Part shown: positions 28,524-38,313 of the stretch, in pieces
Layout: the number at the start of each line of letters is the position of its first letter
Numbering within the stretch: position 1 is the first letter of the stretch
NCBI GenBank assembly: GCA_963711565.1
Contig: CAVQEQ010000004.1
Coordinates: 1,152,001-1,216,000 of the forward strand
Source of the DNA: an uncultured delta proteobacterium
Lineage (GTDB): Bacteria; Desulfobacterota; Binatia; Binatales; Binataceae
Reading direction: 5' to 3'
Length of the DNA stretch: 64,000 nt
Translations under genes and position numbers: made by a program
Notes under the pieces: generated by a model
Database searches by the model: none
The model's input: the letters and a program-made list of their open reading frames with translations, nothing else
What the model was told of the DNA's origin: nothing

Positions 28524-29567
28524 TCAGGCCCCTCGCTCGACTGGGAGGTTTGCGTCCTTCCATTCGAGCATGCCGCCTTTCAGGTTCCAGACGTGTTCGA
28601 AGCCGAGGCCGGTCAGGATTGCTGCGGCGGTGGCGCTTCTCATTCCGACTCTACATATCGTTACTATGTCGAGACTCTTCGCGTTTGCCAGATCGGCGGT
28701 TCGTTCGGGCAGCTCCTTCAGCGGGATCAAGCGCGCGCCGGCGATGTGGCCGAGCTCGCCGCGGTACTCATCCTCTTCGCGAACGTCGATTAGCATCGGC
28801 GGCTTGGCGCTTGCGAGGCGGTCGCGCAGTTCCGCGGCGCTCAACTGACGCACATGGTTGAGTTGCGAGAGCGTCGGGAACTTGAGCGTGCCCGCGTCGA
28901 GATCGGCTTCGTTCGGTTGCAACGATTCCTGAATGCCGTCGGGCAGCGGCAGGCCGAGGTTGTTCATCAAGTTGATGTAGTCGTCGCGCGTTTTGCCCGC
29001 CAGCCGCGGGTTTGAACGCTTCTCGTCGCCAATCGTCGATTGCGTATGTCCGCGATAATCGTGCGCCGGGAAAACCAGGATTTCGTCGGGCAGCGTGAAC
29101 AGCTTGCGCGTTATCGAATCGTACTGAATGCCGGCGTCGCCGCCCGCGAAATCGGCGCGTCCGGTGCCATGGATGAAAAGCACATCGCCGGTGAAAACGC
29201 GATCTTTTGCGAGGATGCTAATCGAATCCGGTGTGTGGCCGGGGGTGTAGAGGACGCGAAGCTCCTCGTCGCCCAGCTTCAGCACCTGGCCGTCTTCGAC
29301 GTGAATAGTGACGTGCGGTGCCGGCGCCAGACGATGCATCGCGACGGGCGCATCGGCCAGCGCGCCCAACTCCATCGCTCCGCTGCGATGATCGGCATGC
29401 GTGTGGGTGTCGATGATCAAGTCGAGGCGTAGTCCGTGATAGGCGAGGACCGCGAGGTAGCGCTCGACCTTGTCGCGCAGAGGGTCGATGACCGCGGCCT
29501 TGCGGGTCGCTTCCGAGATAGCCAGATAAGTCTTGCACTTGCCGTGATTTAGTTCGCGAAAGATCAT
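28524..29567 (-). CDS. persulfide dioxygenase (ETHE1-like MBL)-rhodanese fusion
   Basis: THTHADH, TPGHT, FTGDVL, PAHDY, then rhodanese DVREEDE...GHIAGA, CRVGMRS, LKGGMLEW. Confidence 0.88.
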   Translation of the reverse strand: MIFRELNHGKCKTYLAISEATRKAAVIDPLRDKVERYLAVLAYHGLRLDLIIDTHTHADHRSGAMELGALADAPVAMHRLAPAPHVTIHVEDGQVLKLGDEELRVLYTPGHTPDSISILAKDRVFTGDVLFIHGTGRADFAGGDAGIQYDSITRKLFTLPDEILVFPAHDYRGHTQSTIGDEKRSNPRLAGKTRDDYINLMNNLGLPLPDGIQESLQPNEADLDAGTLKFPTLSQLNHVRQLSAAELRDRLASAKPPMLIDVREEDEYRGELGHIAGARLIPLKELPERTADLANAKSLDIVTICRVGMRSATAAAILTGLGFEHVWNLKGGMLEWKDANLPVERGA

Positions 29568-29595
29568 TTTAGTCTTTACCTTTTCGCTAATCTGG

Positions 29596-30843
29596 CTATT
29601 TTGTACGGTCGCGGAGTTGGCGGGCGGCGCCGGCGAAGAAGTTACGCGCGATGAACGATCGCTCACTTGCGGCCATCGCTTCAAGGATCTCGGCGTTCAA
29701 CGTGATCGCCTCAGTGTCTGACGAGTTCGCATTCAGCGCGATCTCCGCTATGGCGAGTGCGCGCTTGAGTTGGCCTGAGTCTTTGAGGGTGCGCGCCCTT
29801 TCGAGGATCGCCTGCCGTCCGCACAACGCCATGATGTCGCTGCCGTGGTCCTTGCGCGTCGCGGGAAACATTTGCGACGGCTCGCCCGACCACCATCCGG
29901 CGTAGCGGCGGATCACGTCGCGTACGACGAACGGGACGCATCCGTAAATCGGCCGCAGGTAGGGTTTCGCGGCGAGGTCGGCCGGAATCGAAATGCCCGC
30001 CTCGACGATATCAACCGGCCATTCGCCGGCGTTGAGGCGTCGCACTACTTCGTCGTGAATGATGCGGAGCGCGCGCGCCGTCTCGCGCAGCACTTCGACG
30101 CATAGTTCTTCGCCGCGATAGGCGGGGCCGTGGCCCGGCAGGATGTAGCGCGGCGCGAGCTTCGCGATTGCCTCGAGCGTCTCCGCCCATTCGAGCGTGT
30201 AACGCTGCACCTTGTTGGGATTGCCCGTGTTCGGCATCGACGAGACGATCAAGTCACCGACCATTGCGAGCCGCCGCGTCGGCATCCAGAGCCAGGTCGC
30301 GTCGTCCGTCTCGCCCATCCCATGATGCAGCTCGACCGGCTCGCCGACGAGGTCGAGAAATTGCTGGTCGCGATAAACCAGGTCGGGGTAGCTGAACGAT
30401 TTGGGCTCGAACAGGCCGTCGGTCGCGAACGCGCCGCCGAACTGGAGCCGATTGATATGCGACTGCCATCCGCGCGTGAGTGCGTAACGCTTGAAGCGGC
30501 CAGCGACGTCCTCGTGCGCCCAGATTTTCGGTCGCGCATGCCCGCGCGTGAGCGCGTCGGCGATGAACGCTTCGGTGCCGAAGGCATGATCACCATGGCC
30601 GTGCGTGTAGATGAGAAACGCGAACGGCTCGTCGCTGACCTCGCGAATCGCGCGCACCGCCATCGCGCCCATCAGCCGCGAGCTGGTATCGACAACGATC
30701 ATCTCGCCGCGCCCGTACGCGAACGCGACGTTGGCGAAGCCGTGGAACATCGCGATGCCCGACTCGAGTACTTCGAGCTGCCCCATCATCGGGTCGAAGC
30801 CGGGCAGGTTGTTCGATCGGTTGGGGTTGGCCGTTGAACTCAT
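29596..30843 (-). CDS. alkyl sulfatase-like metallo-beta-lactamase (SdsA-like, with dimerisation domain)
   Basis: [31 protein letters not shown]. Confidence 0.8.
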   Translation of the reverse strand: MSSTANPNRSNNLPGFDPMMGQLEVLESGIAMFHGFANVAFAYGRGEMIVVDTSSRLMGAMAVRAIREVSDEPFAFLIYTHGHGDHAFGTEAFIADALTRGHARPKIWAHEDVAGRFKRYALTRGWQSHINRLQFGGAFATDGLFEPKSFSYPDLVYRDQQFLDLVGEPVELHHGMGETDDATWLWMPTRRLAMVGDLIVSSMPNTGNPNKVQRYTLEWAETLEAIAKLAPRYILPGHGPAYRGEELCVEVLRETARALRIIHDEVVRRLNAGEWPVDIVEAGISIPADLAAKPYLRPIYGCVPFVVRDVIRRYAGWWSGEPSQMFPATRKDHGSDIMALCGRQAILERARTLKDSGQLKRALAIAEIALNANSSDTEAITLNAEILEAMAASERSFIARNFFAGAARQLRDRTK

Positions 30844-30906
30844 GGTCGCTCTCCTGCGGACGCGGGTCGCTTGGGAAGAATCTATCGTTTAGACTTTGAA
30901 CTTGGA

Positions 30907-33108
30907 ATGAAAGCTGAAGTCATCGCGACGAGCGCGCCGCATAATGAGCTGGAACGCCTGCTGGCGTTCGAGCATCACGATCCTCATTCGATCCTCGGTG
31001 CGCATCTCGACGGCAAACATCTCATCGTCCGCGCGTTTCGCCCCGACGCGACGCGGATCGATCTACTCGTGCCGGGGGACGCGCCGCGCCCGATGCGCAA
31101 GCGCGATCAGGCGGGACTGTTCGAGGTGACGATCGAGGGCCGGGTCTCGATTTTTCCGTATCAGCTCGAGATTCACTTCCCAGACGGCGAGTCGTTGACG
31201 ACTTATGATCCCTACTCGTTCATGCCGACGCTTGGTGACCTCGATCTTCATCTGTGGGGCGAGCAAAAGGACGACCGCGCCTACGACAAGCTCGGCGCGC
31301 ACGTGCGCGAGATGGCGGGCATCCGCGGCGTGTCGTTCGCGGTGTGGGCGCCCAACGCGCGGGGCGTCAGCGTGGTCGGCGACTTCAACCGCTGGGACGG
31401 GCGCGTGCACATGATGCGCACGCTTGGCAGCTCCGGCGTGTGGGAGCTGTTCATCCCCGGCGCCGGCGCGGGCACGAATTACAAGTACGAAATTCGCACG
31501 CGCGACGGTAATCTGCTGCTGAAGAGCGATCCCTTTGCGCAGCGGATGGAAGCGCCGCCGGCGACCGCCTCGATCGTTTACCAATCGAACTACCAGTTCC
31601 ACGACGCGGAATGGCTTGCGGAGCGGGCGCGGCGCGAGTGGATCAAATGCCCCGTCTCGATCTACGAGGTCCATCTCGGCTCGTGGCGACGCGTGCCGGA
31701 GGAGGGTAATCGCCCGCTGACCTATCGCGAGATGGCGCCGATGCTGGGCGACTACGTCACGAGGATGGGCTTCACCCACGTCGAACTGCTGCCCCTGATG
31801 GAGCATCCGTTCACGGGATCGTGGGGCTACCAGGTCAGCGGCTACTTCGCGCCGACCTCGCGCTACGGCAGCCCCGACGATTTGCGCTACCTGATCGACG
31901 AGATGCATCGCCGCGGTATCGGCGTGATCCTCGACTGGGTGCCGGCGCATTTTCCCAAGGACGAATTCAGCCTCGGCCGCTTCGACGGCACCGCGCTGTT
32001 CGAGCACGCCGATCCGCGCCAGGGCGACCATCCCGAATGGGGCACGTACATTTTTAATTACGGCCGCGCCGAGGTGCGCAACTTCCTGACTGCGAGCGCG
32101 CTTTTCTGGCTCGGCGAGTTCCACGCCGACGGGCTGCGGGTGGACGCGGTCGCATCGATGATCTACCTCGATTACGCGCGGCGCGCCGGCGAATGGATTC
32201 CCAACGCATTCGGCGGTCGCGAAAATCTCGAAGCGATTTCATTCATCAAGAAGCTCAACCAGGACGTGTACCGCCTCAACCCCGGCGTCATGATGATCGC
32301 CGAGGAATCCACGGCGTGGTCGGGCGTCAGCCGGCCGGTCTTCCTGGGCGGGCTCGGCTTCGGCTTCAAGTGGGACATGGGTTGGATGCATGACACGCTC
32401 GAGTACTTCACGCTCGATCCCATCTACCGCCGCTATCACCATCGCGATCTCACCTTCGGCCTGCTCTATGCGTGGAGCGAAAATTTCGTGCTGCCGCTGT
32501 CGCATGATGAGGTCGTGCACGGCAAGCGTGCGCTGCTGTCGAAGATGCCGGGCGATCGCTCGCGCCAATTCGCCAACCAGCGCGCGCTGTTCGCCTACAT
32601 GTGGGCGCGCTCGGGCAAGAAGCTGATCTTCATGGGCGAGGAGATCGGCCAGTGGCGCGAATGGGATCATGACTCGAGCCTCGACTGGAACCTGGTTGAC
32701 TATCCCGACCATCGCGAGCTGCAGGTGCTCGTGCGCGATCTGAATCGCATCTACCGCGACGAGCCCGCGCTGTGGGAGGCCGACACCGACCCGGCGGGCT
32801 TTCGATGGCTGGACGCCGACGACGCCGACAGCAACATGATTGCGTTCATGCGAACGGCGCCGAGCACCGGCCGCCGCATCATCTGCGTATGCAATTTCTC
32901 GCCGGTGCTGCGCAGCCGCTTTCGCGTCGGCGTACCCGGCCCCGGATTTTATCGCGAGATTCTCAACACCGACTCGGCTGCGTACGGCGGGACCAACGCC
33001 GGCAACATGGGCGGCGTCGAGGCGGCCGCGATTCCGTGGCGCGGATTTTCGCATTCGATCGCGGTCGTGATGCCTCCGCTTGCGGTGATCTGGTTCTCCG
33101 TCCCGTAG
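30907..33108 (+). CDS. glgB: 1,4-alpha-glucan branching enzyme
   Basis: [47 protein letters not shown]. Confidence 0.97.
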   Translation: MKAEVIATSAPHNELERLLAFEHHDPHSILGAHLDGKHLIVRAFRPDATRIDLLVPGDAPRPMRKRDQAGLFEVTIEGRVSIFPYQLEIHFPDGESLTTYDPYSFMPTLGDLDLHLWGEQKDDRAYDKLGAHVREMAGIRGVSFAVWAPNARGVSVVGDFNRWDGRVHMMRTLGSSGVWELFIPGAGAGTNYKYEIRTRDGNLLLKSDPFAQRMEAPPATASIVYQSNYQFHDAEWLAERARREWIKCPVSIYEVHLGSWRRVPEEGNRPLTYREMAPMLGDYVTRMGFTHVELLPLMEHPFTGSWGYQVSGYFAPTSRYGSPDDLRYLIDEMHRRGIGVILDWVPAHFPKDEFSLGRFDGTALFEHADPRQGDHPEWGTYIFNYGRAEVRNFLTASALFWLGEFHADGLRVDAVASMIYLDYARRAGEWIPNAFGGRENLEAISFIKKLNQDVYRLNPGVMMIAEESTAWSGVSRPVFLGGLGFGFKWDMGWMHDTLEYFTLDPIYRRYHHRDLTFGLLYAWSENFVLPLSHDEVVHGKRALLSKMPGDRSRQFANQRALFAYMWARSGKKLIFMGEEIGQWREWDHDSSLDWNLVDYPDHRELQVLVRDLNRIYRDEPALWEADTDPAGFRWLDADDADSNMIAFMRTAPSTGRRIICVCNFSPVLRSRFRVGVPGPGFYREILNTDSAAYGGTNAGNMGGVEAAAIPWRGFSHSIAVVMPPLAVIWFSVP

Positions 33109-33174
33109 CCGCGCTATGGAACTCCGCAATGGACTGTGGCACCGAGGTCTTCTGACAGTATCTTGCCTATGCCA

Positions 33175-33203
33175 TTGACAGCATATGCTGTTAACGCTAT
33201 ATT
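33175..33203 (+). promoter_or_regulatory. sigma70 promoter with overlapping palindromic operator of the TA operon
   Basis: TTGACA-17 nt-TATATT; TTGACAGCAT/ATGCTGTTAA near-perfect palindrome at 33175-33194. Confidence 0.8.
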
Positions 33204-33230
33204 GCCACTTAACGCCGAGAGCGCTTGAAG

Positions 33231-33567
33231 ATGGCGACAGAGGTCATCGCGACGGATCAGTTTACTGACTGGTATAGGTCGCTGGACGACAGAGACGCTG
33301 ACGCGGTTGAGTTTTCGCTGGGATTGCTGGAGCAGTTTGGCGTGACGCTCGGTGCGCCGCATAGCAGCAAGATCCTCGGCACGGATCGATCTGCGCGAGC
33401 TGCGCATCCAGTCCGCGGGGCGCCCGCTTCGGGCCTTCTATGCTTTCGATCCGGTGCGCCAAGCGGTGCTGCTGACGGGCGGTGATAAGACTGGGAACGA
33501 CCGCTTCTATCAAAAGATGATTGCCGAAGCGGCGGCCTTATGGAGCGAATACCTGGCTGGCAAGTGA
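33231..33567 (+). pseudogene. RelE/ParE (Gp49/DUF891-like) toxin, frameshifted
   Basis: N-half MATEVIATDQFTDWY...PHSSKILGT and C-half LRELRIQSAGRPLRAFYAFDP...GGDKTG lie in different frames; GATCGATC at 33384-33391. Confidence 0.85.
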
Positions 33568-33613
33568 AAAGCCAAGAGAGAACAAATGGACAAAGAGCGA
33601 AAGAGGAAGAGCC

Positions 33614-33919
33614 ATGAAGACAAGAGGTTGGCGGGAGGTGCTGGCCGAGCGTCGGACGCCTGAAGAGATAGCCGCTCTGGATAGGCGAGTTGCCGCGGAG
33701 GTGACAGAGATGGATCTGCGCGAGCTGCGAATCGTTGCTGGGATGACGCAGGAAGAGGTAGCGAGAGCGCTCAAGGCCGCGCAGTCTGAAATTTCGCGCC
33801 TGGAGAAACGCGACGATTATCGCATCTCGACCCTTCGAGATTATGTGCACGCGCTAGGCGGCCAACTCGAAATAATCGCCGCATTCGGCGACCGTCGCGT
33901 GCGCCTGCGTGCCTCCTGA
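33614..33919 (+). CDS. XRE-family HTH antitoxin (HigA-like)
   Basis: LRELRIVAGMTQEEVARAL...QSEISRLE...ISTLRDYVHALGGQLEI. Confidence 0.9.
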   Translation: MKTRGWREVLAERRTPEEIAALDRRVAAEVTEMDLRELRIVAGMTQEEVARALKAAQSEISRLEKRDDYRISTLRDYVHALGGQLEIIAAFGDRRVRLRAS

Positions 33920-34103
33920 GTCTTGACCGTTGGGGCTTAAGAGTAGGTCGCACGGGTAAAGGCGCGAATCTTCTGATCACCTCTTTGAGGCAGCGCGTCT
34001 ATCGTGTAATAGAATTCCTCAGCGCGTGATCGCCTACCGCGCGGCTCGCTTGGATCTGGAAACAGGCGGATGACCGCCTCAACCCGGTTGAGAGGAGAAC
34101 ACG

Positions 34104-34421
34104 ATGCGGACCCGAAAAGTTGTCAGCTCGAAGATTCGCGAACGGGGATTGCGAATGATTCCGGCCGCCGCGCTAGTGGCTTCGCTCGGGATACTGGCGT
34201 TCGGCGGATGCTCATCGCAGACCGCCGACCAGCCGCCCGCGAATCCCGTGCAGGTAAATTTCGCGCTCGACAAATGCCAGCAGCTCGACGCGAACCTGTA
34301 CAAATGTCCGGCGGTCGATCAGCCGATCTGCACGCCACAGTTCGTTCGCACCGACATCAATTGCATTCGTGTCGGCCCCAAGGGCAGCATCTTCGTCCAG
34401 CGCGGCGGTTCGAATCCCTGA
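34104..34421 (+). CDS. small Cys-containing lipoprotein
   Basis: GAGGAG RBS, lipobox FGGC, four further Cys. Confidence 0.7.
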   Translation: MRTRKVVSSKIRERGLRMIPAAALVASLGILAFGGCSSQTADQPPANPVQVNFALDKCQQLDANLYKCPAVDQPICTPQFVRTDINCIRVGPKGSIFVQRGGSNP

Positions 34422-34559
34422 CCGTAGCTGAGATTCGAAGCAAGGTTGGAGCGTCCGCTTGAGCCGCAAACTCGAGCGGCGCTCCTCTATACGGCGACTG
34501 CAGCCTTCCTCGTTGCGCACGACAGCTCCATCTGATTATTTCTAGATCGGTGCTTCGCG

Positions 34560-34751
34560 ATGACCTGCCCAATCTGCAAGAGGCCAGCTGACCCCTCTCG
34601 CCGCAATAAGTTTCGGCCATTCTGCTCCGAGCGATGCCAGATGATCGATCTCGGCACCTGGGCCGCCGGCGATTACAAGATCGGGGGCTCGACGACGCCC
34701 GCCGACAACGAGCATCATGACGATTTGAAAAAGCGCAGGCTCCTCAATTGA
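34560..34751 (+). CDS. yacG: DNA gyrase inhibitor YacG
   Basis: CPIC...RPFCSERCQMIDLGTW signature. Confidence 0.92.
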   Translation: MTCPICKRPADPSRRNKFRPFCSERCQMIDLGTWAAGDYKIGGSTTPADNEHHDDLKKRRLLN

Positions 34752-35575
34752 CAGATGCAGCGCCGCCGCGGATTCATCCGAGCTCGGTGGTGGGTCCCGA
34801 CGTCGAGCTGGCGCCCGGCGTCAACATCGGCCCGTTGTGCATCCTCGACGGTAAAATCCGCATCGGCGCTCGCACCCGCCTGATCGGTCACGTTACGATT
34901 CTCGGCATCACGGAACTCGGCGCCGACAACGTGGTTCACCCGGGCGCGGTGATCGGCGACGAGCCGCAGGATCTCACTTACACCGGCGTCGCTCGCTCGG
35001 TGAGAATCGGCGACCGCAACGTCTTTCGCGAATACTCCACCGTCCATCGCGGCAGCGAGCATGGCGACGTCACCATCATGGGCGACGACAACTTCATGAT
35101 GCAGAATGCGCACGTCGCACACGATTGCCGCATCGGCAACTCGACCATAATCGCCGGCGGCGCGCTGCTGGCAGGATGGGTCGAGCTGGGCGACCGCGCG
35201 CTCGTCTCGGGCAATTGCGTAGTGCATCAGTACACGCGCATCGGGCGGCTGGCGATGATGCGCGGGCTCTCCCGCACCAGCCGCAACGTCCCGCCGTTCT
35301 GCATCATGGACGGCACCCACGCGCTGCGTGGGATCAACGTGGTCGGCCTCAAGCGCGCGGGCATTTCGTCGAAATCGATTCATGCACTCAGACACGCCTT
35401 CACAACGCTCTTCGGTATACGACAGAATCTGAAGCTCGCAATCGCGCGCCTGGAGAAGTCGGCGCCGCTGGAGCCCGAAGTAATCGAGCTGCTCGATTTC
35501 ATCAAAGCCTCAAAACGCGGCGTCGCCTTCGGTCCCCATGACAATCACACCGACGACTCCGAATCCGGCTCTTAA
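34748..35575 (+). CDS. lpxA: acyl-ACP--UDP-N-acetylglucosamine O-acyltransferase LpxA-like (divergent)
   Basis: Hexapeptide repeats, EPQDL, TVHRG, HVAHDC, VHQY, VPPF, GINVVGLKR. Confidence 0.85.
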   Translation: MTDAAPPRIHPSSVVGPDVELAPGVNIGPLCILDGKIRIGARTRLIGHVTILGITELGADNVVHPGAVIGDEPQDLTYTGVARSVRIGDRNVFREYSTVHRGSEHGDVTIMGDDNFMMQNAHVAHDCRIGNSTIIAGGALLAGWVELGDRALVSGNCVVHQYTRIGRLAMMRGLSRTSRNVPPFCIMDGTHALRGINVVGLKRAGISSKSIHALRHAFTTLFGIRQNLKLAIARLEKSAPLEPEVIELLDFIKASKRGVAFGPHDNHTDDSESGS

Positions 35576-35628
35576 ATGCTCCACCCTGAGAGACCGATCA
35601 CATTTGGAGCGGCACGGAGGATTTCGCT

Positions 35629-36198
35629 ACGCGGCTCGCAGCTAAAATTCTCGCAGTACTGATCCTCGGGACCGTGCTGGGCATTGCGGCCACCTGGTTG
35701 ATGGTCTTTCGCATCGCGCGCGGCGCAATTACCGACGGCCCCTGGAAAACCAACCTCACTACCGGCAGCGCGCAAAGCGATGCCTATCACCGCGCCAGTG
35801 TCGCCGTACACGGTCTCTTCGCACTCAATGCGAGCGAAACGATCTATTACACCGCGGCCACTGACAACGACGGCCACGCTCTCGAGGGTGATTGCCGCTA
35901 CGAGATCAGCGGCCGCGACCCCGACGCGCGATGGTGGAGCATAACCGCTTACGGTCGCGACGATTTTCTTATCCCCAATCCCGCTCACCGCTATTCAGTT
36001 TCGAAAACGACGGTCGCTCGCGACGCGAAAGGCGATTTCGTCGTGCAAGTCGGCGGCGATTCGGGCGGCGACAACTGGATTCCAGTCGGCGGGGGACGCT
36101 TCTCACTGTCGTTGCGCCTCTACAATCCCGGCCCCGGCGTCGTCCTCGATCCATCCCACGCCGTTTTGCCGGCGCTGCGAAAGGTGTCCTGTTCATGA
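35629..36198 (+). CDS. DUF1214 domain protein
   Basis: GLFALNASETIYY, ARWWSITAY, FSLSLRLYNP; frame open upstream of GTG 35674 to an ACG 8 nt after GGAGG. Confidence 0.8.
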   Translation, partial: TRLAAKILAVLILGTVLGIAATWLMVFRIARGAITDGPWKTNLTTGSAQSDAYHRASVAVHGLFALNASETIYYTAATDNDGHALEGDCRYEISGRDPDARWWSITAYGRDDFLIPNPAHRYSVSKTTVARDAKGDFVVQVGGDSGGDNWIPVGGGRFSLSLRLYNPGPGVVLDPSHAVLPALRKVSCS

Positions 36199-36743
36199 GC
36201 CGGCGATGGATGCCATGGCTCGCCGCCACTCTCGCCGTAGCCGCACTCGTGCACCTGGCAACGCTCTACGCACTGCCCCGACGCATCATGGCACGGACGC
36301 TCGCGCGGATGGGCCCGCCGAACACGATGCGCTTCGCCAAACGTCCCGACGAGACCTCGCGCGGGGTGGTAAGGCCGAGCCCCGACATTCTTTATTCTGC
36401 ATGCCCGTTCGATTTGTCGAAGGGCCCGCTGAAGCTGACCGCCCGCGTGCCGCATTCGACCTACTGGTCGGTCTCCGCCTTCGATGCCGCGACCAACAAT
36501 TTCTTCGTCCGCAACGACCAGCAGACAGCCGGCGACTCGATCGAGATCCTCGCCGTGCGCCCGGGCATGGCGCTCCCCCCTCTCGACACCGCGACTGATC
36601 GGGTAATCCTCTTCGCGCCGACGACCAAAGGCCTCTTCCTGATCCGTATGGTCATCGACGACGACAAGAATCTCCCCGCCCTCGACGCCCTCCGGCGCCA
36701 AGCCGCGTGCGAAACCGTCGCCTCACTCCCCACGCCGCACTAG
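36195..36743 (+). CDS. DUF1254 domain protein
   Basis: VVRPSPDILYSACPFDL, YWSVSAFD; ATGA overlap with the DUF1214 gene. Confidence 0.8.
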   Translation: MSRRWMPWLAATLAVAALVHLATLYALPRRIMARTLARMGPPNTMRFAKRPDETSRGVVRPSPDILYSACPFDLSKGPLKLTARVPHSTYWSVSAFDAATNNFFVRNDQQTAGDSIEILAVRPGMALPPLDTATDRVILFAPTTKGLFLIRMVIDDDKNLPALDALRRQAACETVASLPTPH

Positions 36744-36802
36744 CGGAATCCTCCGCCGCTAATCAGTCCCTGGCAGCGACGAAGGCCCGCATCTTTCCTG
36801 CT

Positions 36803-36856
36803 CACTGGGGGTCGCCGAAGGAAACGTGAAACCTATCGAGGGTTTCACTACAATTA
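36803..36856 (+). repeat. two-hairpin element family A, copy 4 (first hairpin largely deleted)
   Basis: CACTGGGGGTCGCCGAAGGAAACGTGAAACCTATCGAGGGTTTCACTACAATTA. Confidence 0.75.
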
Positions 36857-36947
36857 CATCGCAATGCGCATTCGATCGCCTCGAAAAATCCGGCGTATAA
36901 ACCGGTGGCGCCGCAGACGTGCAAATCGGTGGATGTGAAGCGCGACG

Positions 36948-38198
36948 ATGGCCATTGTCACCAACAACTTTCTCGAGGATATGGCGCTGGTGATGTGCGT
37001 CGCGGCGCTCGCCACCGTCATCTGCCAGTCGCTGCATCAACCGCTCGTGGTGGGCTACCTGATCGCCGGGATCGTAGTCGGGCCGGACGTGCCGGGAGTG
37101 TACGCCAACGTCGAGCGGATCCAGATGGTCTCGGATCTGGGCGTTATCTTGCTGGTCTTCTCGATTGGTCTCGAGTTCAGATTTCGCCGGCTGATGCGCC
37201 TTGCTCCCACTGCCGGCTTGGTAGCTGTGATCCAGGTCGTTTCGATGGTCTTCCTCGGCCACCTGGTGGGCCGCCTGATGGGCTGGAGGGCGTGGGAGAG
37301 CTTGTTGACGGGTGCGACGGTGTCGATTTCGGGTGCCGTCATCGTCGCCAAGGCCTTCGAAGAAGTGGAAGTGGAGCCCAGAGTGCGCGAGCTGGTCTTC
37401 GGCATAGTGCTGTCGGAAGACGTGGTCGCGATCCTGATGCTCGCGGTACTGATCACGATGGCGAACGGCGGCAGGGAGTCGGTGCGCGCGTTCTCGATCA
37501 CCGCGGAGCACCTGAGTTCATTTATCGTAGTGCTGATTGTGCTCGGATTGATTACTGTCCCGTACATGGTGCGCGGGGTCGCGCGCCTCAAGCGGCGCGA
37601 AACGTTGCTGACCACCAGCATGGGCCTGTGCTTCGGCTTCGCGATGATCGCCGAGCGGGCAGGTTACACTGTCGCGTTGGGCGCGTTCCTGGCCGGCTCG
37701 ATGGTGGCGGAGTCGGGACAGGGAGCGGAGGTCGAGAAGCTGATCGAGCCGGTGCGCGACATTTTCGGCGCGATCTTTTTCGTCTCGGTCGGGATGCTGA
37801 TCGATCCGAAGCTGTTGGCAACACACTGGCATGCGCTGGCGGCGCTCACGGCGGTGGTCGTCGTGGGCAAGATCGTCAGCGTCTCGCTAGCCTCGCTCGC
37901 GATTGGCGAGCGTCCCGGCGTCGCGCTCAAAACCGGCTTCGCGATGGCGCAGATCGGAGTGTTCTCATTCCTGATCGCCCAAGTGGGCACGGCCCCCGGC
38001 GCCAGGCGCAGCATTCTTTATTCATTGGCGGTGGGGGTCTCGACCATAACCGCCTTCCTGTCCCCATTTCTGATCCGGGCGTCCAATCCGGCGGCGGATT
38101 GGCTAGACCGCCATCTCCCGACGCCGCTCCAGAGCGCGGTTGCTCACTACGACGAACGGCTGGATCGAGTCCGCAAACCGACAGAACCGGAGGAGTGA
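36948..38198 (+). CDS. CPA2 family cation:proton antiporter
   Basis: VVGYLIAGIVVGP, LGVILLVFSIGLEF, EDVVAI, LGAFLAG, FFVSVGM. Confidence 0.9.
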   Translation: MAIVTNNFLEDMALVMCVAALATVICQSLHQPLVVGYLIAGIVVGPDVPGVYANVERIQMVSDLGVILLVFSIGLEFRFRRLMRLAPTAGLVAVIQVVSMVFLGHLVGRLMGWRAWESLLTGATVSISGAVIVAKAFEEVEVEPRVRELVFGIVLSEDVVAILMLAVLITMANGGRESVRAFSITAEHLSSFIVVLIVLGLITVPYMVRGVARLKRRETLLTTSMGLCFGFAMIAERAGYTVALGAFLAGSMVAESGQGAEVEKLIEPVRDIFGAIFFVSVGMLIDPKLLATHWHALAALTAVVVVGKIVSVSLASLAIGERPGVALKTGFAMAQIGVFSFLIAQVGTAPGARRSILYSLAVGVSTITAFLSPFLIRASNPAADWLDRHLPTPLQSAVAHYDERLDRVRKPTEPEE

Positions 38199-38223
38199 GC
38201 TGGCCGCAAGCGCGACTTTTGAT

Positions 38224-38290
38224 CACTGGGTGCAGGGGTCACCCCTGCCGAAGGAAGCGTGAAACCCATCGCGGGTTTCACATTCAATTA
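38224..38290 (+). repeat. two-hairpin element family A, copy 5
   Basis: CACTGGGTGCAGGGGTCACCCCTGCCGAAGGAAGCGTGAAACCCATCGCGGGTTTCACATTCAATTA. Confidence 0.9.
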
Positions 38291-38313
38291 AGTTCTGAAA
38301 CAATTACTTGGCA

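Noticed and set aside
33225-33567. Programmed frameshift in the toxin gene
   Set aside because: No slippery heptamer or stimulatory structure is evident; a 4-bp duplication explains the break.
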